A stretch of 64,000 nucleotides of DNA from Lepidodermella squamata (taxonomy: Eukaryota > Animalia > Gastrotricha), in assembly GCA_047495785.1 (NCBI GenBank), contig JBLDXI010000048.1, positions 434,001-498,000 on the forward strand. Direction: 5' to 3'. Position 1 is the stretch's first letter. Every line of letters begins with the position of its first letter. The position numbers were made by a program, and so were the translations under genes. The notes under the pieces are model-generated. The model ran no database searches and was not told the DNA's origin. It saw nothing but the letters and a program-made list of their open reading frames with translations. Below, in pieces: positions 12,409-24,100 of this stretch.

Positions 12409-14534
12409 CTGCCGTGCCAGCAGCTATCACTCAACTCTCTCCAGTCCAAATTTTGAGACATCGTAACTCATTTTTGATCTGCTTTTGCTTTATTAGATAA
12501 ATATGCAAAGTTATGCGGATTTTCTTTCTGCGCGGGACTAATTTACTGTTGATGTTTATTAGCTAAAATAGGGGCAAATAAAAAAATATTCCAATGTTTT
12601 CTGCGCTCACGCACATTCTTGCTGTGAGTGGAGCATCTATATTCCTACATGCACATGGTGAAATGTAAAATTTTGCCATGGGGAAATTAATCTATGGCTA
12701 CAATAATTTTTTCTACGGCTTGGAACGGGCACAAATTTGGTTGTGACTTTTTCATCCGACAACCAAAAATGTGACTAAAATCATCCGACATGAAAATATT
12801 GACTTTCTCGAATTTTCTAGTTCGACTTTTCCGTAGGGGCATACCGCATTTATGCACCCTATTTTGGCCCCTGAACCGGTATAATTTTATGGTGAAAGAT
12901 TTATGGCGATTCGAGTTGGCAATTTTTTTATTGTAATTTATTCTGGAGTGACTCTGGTCGTACATATCGATGGTTTTGCGCTAAAACAGACCGATAGGCT
13001 GCATTCTGATATACGCCCATAAAAACTGTGCGGAGTATATGCGAGTATATGGTTATACACAGGGCTAATAGCATTTTGGTGCATGCACAAGAGAATGCAC
13101 TCAGACGAGAGCGATCGATTCTTCCGCAGTAACATGGTATATTTGCGCATTTTGTTCTCTTGTTTTTTCATTTTTATCATCATTCTTTCTTAGATCTCCC
13201 GCATCATTTTTGCTGAAAGTAGGACATTGAAAGCATGTGCTTTAAATTACCCACGATTTTAGTAATTCTGACCTGGTCTGTTCATTCGACGGAGTAGGAA
13301 TGTTTTCCATAGTTGTCCATTTAAAATCGCAGCAAAATTTTCTTCTAGAATGATTAGAATCTCCGATAGATTGATAGAGGCTTCTTATCAGATTCTTTAG
13401 GAGTTTAGTGAAATCTGAGCTTACCACAAAGTTAAACTCCTGTTTTGAGGTTTCAGCAAAAATAGGGTAGAAAGGTTGTTTCGGCTGAGATTCCGAAAGT
13501 GGCTGCTGGCTACTCTGTTAGGAACATATTCCATTATTTCGTTGTTGTGGCGTTTATCAAGCTGATAATGTGGTTTGGGCCCCTGGATAATTTGAAACTA
13601 TCGCCCTTTTCCTCAAACAACCACCTCCAAAACACAACACAACTTCTGATCAAAGATAGAAAGCCAAGTTTGTCGGTTTGGGGCTCAAACTCCACCTAGA
13701 ACTTGACAGCTACTTAGACGGAAACTATAAACTATAGACTTATCGATCGTGCGTGAATCCTACAATCTACTAACGGTCGAAGGTCGAAGCCTTACGAACA
13801 ATCGAAACAGTCTCTTAATTAGATCTAACCAGAAGTACTCTTTATTGCCTTTTAAAATTTAGCATTTGGTATCAGACGCATGCCATCTTCACAATGCTTA
13901 GGAGCCGACTATTCCCATGATTGCTTTGGCCGCTGAGTAGGAATATCTTTACCATATATTACCGGTGAATGGCGGCCCATTCTAGAAGGGAGGATTTGCT
14001 TGGCGGTTTCACGCTTCCTGTCAACCCTTCCTGTCAGCTTGATAAACGCCGCATTCAATGCATGGATGATTGATGTTGCGGTTATTGGGATTGAACACGG
14101 TGATTTTGAGATGCCTAGGCCGTTCGATCACATGCTACTCACGTGCTAGGGTCAGCTTTTATACGACTGGGATAACCCCATCCCAAGTTTCTGCTGCAGT
14201 TAAAACTAACGCGATTTATTGGAATTTCTGGTTTATGTTTTGGCTGATAAATACCTTTCACAGCAATTTACAAAGTGAATCTATCGCTTTGTTATGATAT
14301 TTAAAACTCCCGATTACTGGCCACTTTAACTTCCATCTTTACTCAGTTGGGCAATCCTTCATCGGTAGCTGTAAATCTGAGGTCATACAGCCTTAGGTCA
14401 AGAACAGAACTTCTCAGATTGGCAATTCGGCTTTCGACAACTCCCTGTTTTCTATCCTTGACATTTTAATTTATGACGCTTGTCATTTAGGACTAAAGCA
14501 TTCAACGTTTCATTTTTAACAACGATTTGAGCTG

Positions 14535-16429
14535 ATGACTGATAACGACCATTGGCTGAAACAGTTTCCTCCGAGGATAGTGGATTCTAGACACCGCCCA
14601 TCCAAACAAGCGATGGAAAGAAAACGCAAGCGCAACTCTGGGAAACCCTACCGTCAGTCAGATAAAGGGGTTAGCGCTAAGTTTAATTCCGGTCGTAAGC
14701 CTGTTTACTTCAAGTGTGGTTGCTGGCGTAAATGCTCCTTGAAATTCAATGAAAATTCAGTTACACGATGCTTTAACACTTACTGGTCCCGAGCATCTAT
14801 CGACGCTAGACGAGCATTCATCAACCGTTACGTCAGTTATAAACAGAAACGAGAGAATGGTCCTCGAAGATTTGATTATTACTTACCGGGCAACTACTTG
14901 GCAACCCCTTCGCCTTCACAATCTAGGGACTCAATCGAAGTATGCAGGTCTTTCTTTCTGAAGGCGCTCGATGAAACTCGCGCTTTTATAAACACAACTG
15001 TTGAGAAAAAAGTCGAAGACGGCTTCTACATCATACCAGATCAACGCGGTCGCCATAAGCCGCCGAATACCACCAGCGATAATTCTTACAAATTTGTTTA
15101 TCAGCACATCACTTCTTTCGAGCGATTAGACAGTCATTATGCGAGAAGTCAAACTAGCAAGCAATATCTCGGGTCCGCGCTCAATCTGAAGGAAATGCAT
15201 CGAATGTACTGCATAGCACACCAAAACTGGGCTCTGCGTACTGATGAGAAACCCGTCAAATACGCTACTTACCGATCCATATTCAAGAGATCTTTTCCCA
15301 ATCTCGCTTTCAGTCATCCGAAGAAGGACACCTGCAAGAAATGCACACGATTTGCGACTTTGCCGGATGAACTGTTCACCCATGAAGTGATCGTGGAGAA
15401 ACGGAACCACGAATCCAACAGAGACGCTGCAAGAGATGCCAAGAATGCTGACAAAATTCTAGCAAAACAGTCGAAAGGATTGATCTTGTGCATCCAGTTT
15501 GATATGCAGTCAATCCTCGAAAGCCCTTGCTGCTCGATAATGTACAAAAAAAGTTCCACACCTCAAACCTGACTTTCTACGATACTTCATCAAAAGATGT
15601 CTACTGTTTCATGTGGGATCAAACAGAAGGGGGTCGTGGGACGGATGAAGTCGGTTCATGTCTCTATAAATTCATCACTGAAATGATTCCTGACGAAGTT
15701 GAGCAGTTGATTCTATGGAGCGACAGCACTGGAAGCCAAAACAAATCTCAGTACATTGTCAACGCTTTATTCGCAGCCTTGTCCAATTCCAAAGGTAATC
15801 TCAAAGTCATCGATCACAAGTTTTTCGAGCCGGGCCACTCGCAAATGGAATGTGATTCCGTGCATGCCACTATTGAAAGGGAAGCTAAGAAACGAGTCAA
15901 CATCAGCTATTCTAAGGAATGGAGAGAAATCGTGGCCGCGTCGCGGAAGGCTCCGATTGATGCTGATCTGAGACTCGAAGTGTACGGCGAGGAAACACCA
16001 AACCGCTTGAAAGTGAAACCATACAGCATAACTGAAATGCAATTTGCAAGCTTCTTCAGCTTTGACAAGTCACCAAAGTTCGCTCAGTATTTGCAAGACG
16101 AACAGAAAAATGATGTTAAATGGTCGGAGCCATGTTGGATCAGATACGAGAAAGACTACCCTAATTATCTCCAAACCAAGAAAACTTTCGACTTGGCTTT
16201 TCATACTTTCGTCGCCAAGCGCTACAACAAAGACGTAATTTTGTTTCCTTTCCAACTTGTTCAAAAATACGAAAAGCGATTGCCGATCGAATCCAGTCTT
16301 AAGAAGGATCTCATCGAAATGGTCAACAAAGGCACCATTCCAGAAGCTTATCGCTCAGTCATAATGGCTTACGAAGAAGACGCAGACAAACCTACTGCTT
16401 GCAGCATTGACGCTAAACCTCCGCCGTAA
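14535..16429 (+). mobile_element. DNA transposase, probably Sola1-type, split by one frameshift in an A7 run (15546-15552)
   Basis: Motifs DQRGRH, SHYAR, PKKDTCKKC, QFDMQSIL, CFMWDQTEGGRGTDEVGSCL, LILWSDSTGSQNK, HKFFEPGHSQMECDSVHATIER; intronless. Element termini not identified. Confidence 0.8.
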
Positions 16430-16683
16430 CATTACGCCCTCGAAACTTGGATGGATATGACTACTTGAAAGCGTTTCAAAATTATTAAAACAAGCTTATT
16501 GTTGAGAGTTTGAACTGTGTTTTACTCGAGCTGTCTAAGAACGATTCAGTCCAGGAGTTTCTGAAACGTTTCCTCCATGATTATCTCGGAATTCCCAGCG
16601 CAGATACCTCAGAATGACCGCAGTATCGAAGATATTTGTTGGTCATTATTTGTCCAGTACATATATTTTTTCCACACAGAATA

Positions 16684-17361
16684 CAATGGGCTATATCTTA
16701 CTACATGTGTGCGTAGTACTATTTATAGTGCGTAGTACTCTGGATAGGAATTTTTTCGTTGGCTCCTTATAGCGCAAAATCATCGATATATATGTACGAG
16801 ATTTTTGCTAGTCGTACATATATTCGAATGAAAACTTAGAATTTCAGCCAATTACTCAATTTTAATCCTGGAAAGTTCATTTTTTGAGGGCAAATGCCTC
16901 TAACAGGGTTCCACACACCTGCAAATTTTTACCCGCCCCTCGGTTATGGTTCCGGACATTACCGACTTCGGGTAATTTCGGGTTTCAGGGTGGCTAATAA
17001 TGGGTATTCACCCTATGCATGCCAAACTTTGAGGGGAGGTTGGTCACGCCTCGATGCACTTATGGTTAAAATTTGGAACATTTGCGATCAAAATTGATTA
17101 ATCCATAGAATTTCAAAGTTCAGCAGAAATATTCTTGAAATATATGTACGAGCAGCCAAAATCTCGAACATATCATATGTACGAGCAGCAAAAATCTCGT
17201 ACATATATATGTACGAGCAGCCATTCCGTTTATTCTGCTCGAATATTTTAGTCAAATCATAGACAATATAACTCTATACAGATCGGAAAATTCACACCAA
17301 AACGGGAAGACTGGGCACGCGGCCTGCATTTTTATTCACTCATCGCCCTATCCGCCCATTG
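16684..17361. mobile_element. Probable MITE with subterminal inverted repeats
   Basis: ATATATATGTACGAGATTTTTGCT (16786) is inverted at ~17175-17210 with extra tandem copies; short TA|CAATGGGC...GCCCATTG|TA ends. Confidence 0.5.
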
Positions 17362-17678
17362 TAATTTTTCCGATTCGTAATTATTTTTCTGAAATTCCCA
17401 GAGAAAAAGTTTTATTTCCCAGAGAAAACCACAATGTCACGCAAAACCACGATATTATGGTCATGGCAATTTCGCGAGATTCAAAAAAAATTTCGTTCGC
17501 TTTCCTACGTCCATTCTTATTGTTGAGGCAAAACGGGTCATGTTTCCGATCACGAAACAAAAAGACATCATGGCCGACGCTTCGACAATGACGTATCGAA
17601 AGTACGTATTTTCACGACAGATGTAAATGTGTTGGTCGAGAGATCGATTGCGTAATTCTTCGCCGAAGATACGAAGTA

Positions 17679-18558
17679 CCGTCATTTGGGGCAAAATGAA
17701 CCTTTGGGGCTAATTGGCCAAAAATTGAGGTTTCCACATTTTTATCGATAGCTCAAAAACTACAAGGTAAAACTTCACAAAAATTTACGGGGACGATTAT
17801 CAACAAGCCTCCTACAAGCCTGCAAATTTCCAGCCACGTATGTCCCGAAATGAGGTCACGGCATGTTGTTGCGCAGAAGTGAGTTTAGGGAGGTAAAAAT
17901 GATCCCTCTAAATTGAATTACCTGGAGCCAATCACGAGGTTTGATGATCAGATGAAATTCTTTCCTTCGACCATTTTCGTCGTAGATGACAGCAAAAAAA
18001 ACCGCGACCCCAGGCGATGCACAGGTATGGCTAGGTGATTGTGGCCAAATTACCCCATGAAAAACTCAATGATGGGGGCTAATTGGCCACCCTTATCCAT
18101 ATAATGGGTTTTTAATATTTGATGATTGTGAGGGTTGAATGGTCGAGTGGTTGTGATGCGTCATCAGAACTTGAGTGATCTGATGAGAGACGGTTCGAAT
18201 CCTCATAAAGTAGCATCTTTTGCTCCGCGAAAAGTAAAACAAAAAAATTAAAAAATTAAATGCGGAGCAAAAAAATGCTACTTCATGAGGATTCGAACCG
18301 TCGCTCATCAGATCACTCAAGTTCTGATGACGCATCTCAACCACTCGACCATTCAACCCTCACAATCATCAAATATTAAAAACCCATTATAAGGATAAGG
18401 GTGGCCAATTAGCCCTAAAACACCTGTCCAATTTGCCCCAAACCTGGGGCAAAATGAGCTTCCTATAAAATCGGAATCAGGACCCTCTGAAACGTGTAAA
18501 AATGCGAAAAAAACAGGGGGTCATTTTTTTCCCGCGCCCATTTTGCCCCAATTTACGG
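17679..18558. mobile_element. Tc1/pogo-like non-autonomous element (TA TSD) carrying a long tRNA-like palindrome
   Basis: TA|CCGTCATTTGGGGCAAAATG ... CATTTTGCCCCAATTTACGG|TA; internal GGGGC(T/A)AATTGGCC repeats. Confidence 0.8.
18076..18415. repeat. Near-perfect inverted repeat, ~153-bp arms and ~33-nt A-rich spacer; each arm has Pol III A box, B box and oligo-T
   Basis: Arms 18076-18228 and 18262-18415 differ at only a few positions; TGGTCGAGTGG (18140) and GGTTCGAATCC (18192). Confidence 0.9.
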
Positions 18559-18560
18559 TA

Positions 18561-19070
18561 CGAAGCTATACCGGGCGATCCGTTCCTTAAGCGACTGCAT
18601 TGAACTGCAGAAAGACTGGGATGAAATCATCAACTGGTTTGACGCTAACGGCCTTTCTGTGAATTCGAAAAAATGCGTTGTGCTTATACTCGGGCAAAAC
18701 AAATTTATGTTTAGGCTCCTCCTATGAAGAACGACAAAAAAGCGTGCTGTGAACTTAAACTTCTCTGACCTCTTTAATATTTCCACTAATCCGCGTTTAC
18801 CGCACCATTCTGTTACGATGGAAAGCTACAGTCATGCCAGCTCTGAGTTTTCATTTGTGAGGCGAGTGCGTCCAGCTTGGAACCGGCTACCATCTTCCGT
18901 CGCTAACAATTCGTATCCTTCATTCTTGAAATATGTTAAATGTACTGCTGACAAATTCACGATTTCTGTGGTGAGGCGCCATGACTTGACGTATTGTTAA
19001 TTCCTAATTGCTAAAAGTTGAAAGACAACTTTCAAAATAAAACAGGAGTATCAGTATCAGTATCAGTATC
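18561..19070 (+). mobile_element. CR1/L2-type LINE 3' fragment, internally deleted, with (AGTATC)n tail
   Basis: Translates to LQKDWDEIINWFDANGLSVNSKKC and FSFVRRVRPAWNRLP; AATAAA followed by a microsatellite tail. Confidence 0.7.
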
Positions 19071-19679
19071 TAAAGTCTCAAGTCATCATGGCAAAGATGC
19101 TCAATTCGAACCGCATTAGTTTGTAAATGACGGGACGAACAATTTCTACCTCTGATCCTCTCGACTCTCGATCACGCCAGAATAAGTTTGCAGAAGTTGC
19201 TGTTAGACGCCGAGACTCAAACTGGCATACTTTCGAGAACTTAGCTTCCTAAACATGTACCGACGGAAAGCAATTGATTGTTGTGCAAGGCGAATGTTCC
19301 ATCTTGAGGCTGAGCACTGAGCATCGATGAGAAAATGAGAGTTGCATGCTTAACTTGTGTTGAAACAGACAAACAGGCCCGTTAGGCGTAGCCGAAAGAT
19401 GGATATCGCAGTTCATGGCTGAAACCCCAACACCAGCCAAAGAATGCTTAGATAATCGCAGGCGAGCTCGAACCTTGTCGCAAATCCTGTCAATATCCTG
19501 CGGCGATAGTGGTCGAACAAACCGGATTGGTTCGAGATAAGGAATTAGATTCGAACCACCCCCGTGCCACAGTATTCTCGAATATCTCCCGGACCACACC
19601 TTAGCGGCCTCTTGGAAATAGCTACTTCAGCGTTTCCCATTGTACATATAGCCTCGACCGTTGAAACTTTCAGTTTTTT

Positions 19680-19920
19680 TACGTGGTCGAGCTGATTTTC
19701 CTGTAAATAGGTAAAATGAGAAAGCGCGAAACCTAATTTCACCGGGTTAAATATTCTTGCTTTTCAGACTGGTGGCAAACCGCTATCCATACAAAGACGC
19801 CGAAATAATTGTTCCTTAACTTGCTTATTTTACTGCTTTTTACGTTTTGCAAATGGAAGCAATAAAAAACTCGAGCAGTTGGATCAAATTTTTCAGAACA
19901 TTTTACGATGAATCGCAGTG
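19680..19920 (+). pseudogene. Duplicated 3' end (last intron, last exon, 3' UTR) of the PLAT gene
   Basis: ACGTGGTCGAGCTGATTTTCCTGTAAATA..TTTTCAGACTGGTGGC..AAAGACGC.GAAATAATTGTTCC..GATGAATCGCAGT aligns to 2480-2721. Confidence 0.9.
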
Positions 19921-21141
19921 AGTACTGCGTGTCTTGGTTTTAGTGGCAACTCGGCGAAATTCATGAGGCGATCCCATAGACTATAGACTGCTTACTCCCG
20001 AGAGAAAGGTGCTACGCCAGATGTTCAGCTGATTCATCATTACAAATACAAAAACATTTGAGTATGTGAACGTTTAAAAATGGAATAGTACAGTAGGAAA
20101 TTGAGCGAAAAAAGCCGAGCTGTTATGAACAATGAAATGACTGCGTTTGCGCGCACCCTTATACGTTGGTGGTTTGTGTTTGACATTGTATCTTTGATTG
20201 TTGGCCTGGAAGCCACACGTCGACAACGTACTAAATCGCTGTGGGAAAAATGTGTCGTGGTTCCGCTCTGTAGTCAACCGGTTACTGCCGTTGTACCGCT
20301 TACCGCTGGCACTCGTTCGTTCCGTTGCCACCTTTGGCTTTGTTTCATTTGCGTCTGCCGCGAAGAATCAGCTCCGCACACAAAAAGACTAAATTCGAGT
20401 TCAACGCAAAAAAACGAATGCACCAACTAGGTATTTCTACAGCGCTTTGAAAGACTTAAGGCTCGAATTCTCATCGATATGCTTCAGAGCTGCGGGGTAA
20501 CTCCGAGGGTATGTAAATGATATTTGAGATGTTGCTAGAAATGTCGGCCTCATTTCTATCTTCGCATAGTCATTTGAAAATTGGGTATTGGCTATTGGCA
20601 ATAATGACTACTGCCTTTCAAACGCGCGTGTGAAGATGGAGGCTGCGTCTCAGTTCTAAAAAGGCGATCCGAACTTTTTGATCTATTCAACCGGTTTATC
20701 TAAACTCGCAATGTATGCAGGCGCTCCGATAGAACGACACTCCGCTAAGATACTAGAGCAATTTTAATAATCGCTTTATTGGTTTAATAATTTCCAGCAT
20801 ATTTTGGTTTCAAAAAGAAGTGCAATTTTCATTTCCAATCAAGTCCGCCCAAGGCTGATTCTAAGTTCTGAATGATATTACTTACAATTTGTCCGCCAAA
20901 TTTACCTCTATTTACATGTTGTTAATCTCTAATGCTTTAAAATCTAGTTCATTCATTGAAGAATTGAACAGCTTAGCGTTTTGTCGCGTGCGGTGCTTGA
21001 AATTTGGTAAACAACTTTCCGCGCACGTGTCAGTCGTGCTCCGGTTGATATTAAACCACAAAATATTTATCTGGTTTGATCATTTTACAACAACACGCTT
21101 GCTGATTTTCTCTACAGCTTATTTTCCCATACTGTTCAGAG

Positions 21142-24100
21142 ATGATGGCACGTATCAATTTGCTTGTGCTGGCGTTTTCGCTCTCCCTTCCATTCTCCTC
21201 AGGCGGCGGCGGCGGCGAGACAGCCAAAAACTACACATTTACCAACACAGACCCGACAGTCAGCCCGATAACGATGACTATGTATACGCAGTTTTATGAT
21301 GGCTTCACCCCTGGTAAACCACCAGCGAAACCGTGGCCGCTACCGATACCTTACGCATTCAACACCAACTGGGAAATAATATATCAAACCAATTATTTGT
21401 GTGAGTTAACGGAAGCCGGAGAAGTTCTTATTCAATTTTTTTGCTTTTTACGAGACAGCTGGTCCTGAAATAAGCCTTGTCAAGCAAGCCATAGCTCGAA
21501 TCGAATCAGTCACCTGCTTGAGGTTCGAGGAAAGGCCGTCTATCAACCTGAATACATCCAACTCGATTCTTTTCTTCAGATTTATGTGGGTTTCTGTTTT
21601 CCTGATTGGCGATGCATTATTATTCTTGTTCTATCTTTAGAGATTATGCGGGAGCACATGGTGTCGATTATCCTCAAAAGTTCGTTGGCGTCGATCGTCA
21701 AACCCACGACATGTTTGATGCCCAAGGGGTTAGTTTCAGAGAAAAATCTTGAGCCTCAATTCAATTGAGTTTGAAACAGGTTCAATACACGATTAGACAA
21801 ATTGGTTACGTCCTAGGACTAACGTATGAGATCAGGAGACCAGATCGCGATCAATATCTTATTCCCTTGCCTGGTTCGGAGAACAGGTTAGCTACCTTAC
21901 TGGTTGCCAAGCGTATTACTATATTCGAATCACACTATTTCGGCCATTTCTACCGGTGATGCACCGTTTTTGCGCCATTGAGACATTCGTTGGACATATT
22001 ACTGTTTTGTACTTTCTTGTTATTTTGTTATGGGGTTTTAACATAGGGTGATTTGATTCCTCGTGCACACATCCATTTTTGAAGCTATTTTATTTTTAAG
22101 CGTGAAGAAAGAGGATTATTTCGTCGTCGGTGTGGCCAAAAGTATTATATCCAAGAGAATTAATTTTGAGATAAATCGAAAAAACAGCTTTTATTTTCGA
22201 AACTTTCAGTAAAATATGTCACTAAGTCGAACATGGGGGTAGTTAATCACGCCGGATCGAATGGCGCCAACCATGTTTACCGGTGATGCACCGTTTTTGC
22301 GCTATCGAGACATGCGTTGGATATAATACTGTTTTGTACTTTTTTTGTTTTTGTGTTATGGTGTTTTTACATAGAGTGGTTCGATTCCTCGTTCGTGCAT
22401 CTATTTTTTGGCGATTTTTCTTTTCAAGCCAGGGCAAAGAGGATTATTTTTTGTTTGGCATCAACATAGCACTGCTGTGGTTCGATTCCTCATGCGTGCA
22501 TCTACTTTTTGGCGATTTTTACATCGCCATTTTGCTCGCGATTGAGTGATTTTTTGCTGGATATAATACTTTTGGTGCCCTTTCGAACTCATGCCATGGA
22601 GATAATACTGTTGATTCTGCCGACAAAGTAACCTAGTAAAAAAGGCACGAAAGTGGATATAATACTTTTGATCCCTGGCGAATTTTGAGATGCGGTTTTC
22701 AGAATAATGACCGGTGTTAAATTCTGAGCCCGAAACTGTAAAAATCTCATTTTCGATTTTTTTTATGGATATAATACTTTTGGCCGCACCGACGACGATT
22801 TTTCAATTCTTGTCATCAACATCGCGCTGCTGTGGTTCGATCCCTCATGCGTGCATCTATTTTTCGGCGATTTTAACCCCACCATTTTGCTCGCAATTGA
22901 GTGATTTTTTGCTGGACGCACATTTCCGGAAATGTGCTTGCTGGACATATTACTTTTGGTGCCCTTTTCGAACTCGTGCCATGGACATATTACCGTTGAT
23001 TCTGCCGACAAATTGACCTGGTAAAAAAGTCACAAAAGTGGACATATTACTTCTGATCCCTGGCGAATTTTGAGATGCGGTTTTCAGAATAATGACCGGC
23101 GTTAAATTCCGAAACTGCAAAAATCTCATTTTCGATTTTGGATGGACATATTACATTTGGCCGCACCGAGGACGATTTGTTTGCTGCACACATAACTTAG
23201 CGCGCGTGATTTATATTAGCGTTATAAGCAAAAACTAAATTTATAACAAATTTATTACTCTTTCGATCACCCTCTTGAAAGCATTGAATTTCTTAAAAAT
23301 GAAGTTTTATTTTACCAATTTATCAACTGAACTGCATCTCATCTCACTTTTTTTATCATATTCCATCTGATTTTATCACCATTATCGTTGCTATTTTGTC
23401 ATGGGTCGAAACCCGAGTCGAAAAATAAATCGGCTTAAAGACAAAAAATGGGAAAAATCGCTAGGGGTCGTACCTCGTAAAGATGTTTGATTTTGAGGTC
23501 GCCAAGGGTTAGGGGTTGAGAAGACCTGCTCTTTGCAATGCTCACATTAGATAAAAATCACTAGGAAGTTAACTTAAAGCCAAAGTTGAGTCAATTCATT
23601 TCGAAATGGGCAACCTTTTTCGTTTGATCGCTGCTCCCGTTTTGCAGTATGTACGCAGATTATTACCCTCATCAAGTGATTTCTTCCGACACGCGACCCG
23701 AAAAGCAAAAAGAAGTCGTGATAAGTCATCTCGGCACACATAAATGTACTAGCGTGTCAGATCTACGGTATTTATTTATTTATGAGGCCTGCCGAATTTC
23801 TGAATATTCGTGTTTTGTGGCTCAGGCAAAAAATCGCGTAGAACTGCGTCCGTCAACATCTACGTCACATGTCTAAAGCGGACTCCACATATCTAACAAA
23901 GTAGAATTTAGATACTAAATTTTCTACGATTAGAAAAAAGTACAGCCCTTTCTAATCGCCAAGAAATAAGCCAGAAAAAACGTGCATAGTGTAGAAATGG
24001 GGATGCTTGTGCGCATAAACTGTTTTGTTCGTGATTTGGTAAATTGATGTCGAAGTTGAAGCCAAGGAGTCGCATTGGCTTGGTTCCCTCATTTTGGCTG

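Noticed and set aside
13150-14534. Left terminus of the Sola-type transposon
   Set aside because: No convincing matching TIR/TSD pair could be found by eye on the other side of the transposase.
15546-15553. Programmed -1 frameshift at AAAAAAAG
   Set aside because: The A-AAA-AAG heptamer is not in the upstream ORF's frame; a single-base loss in a homopolymer is simpler.
18132-18206. Functional tRNA gene
   Set aside because: A and B boxes are present but there is no proper acceptor stem or 7-nt anticodon loop; treated as tRNA-like.
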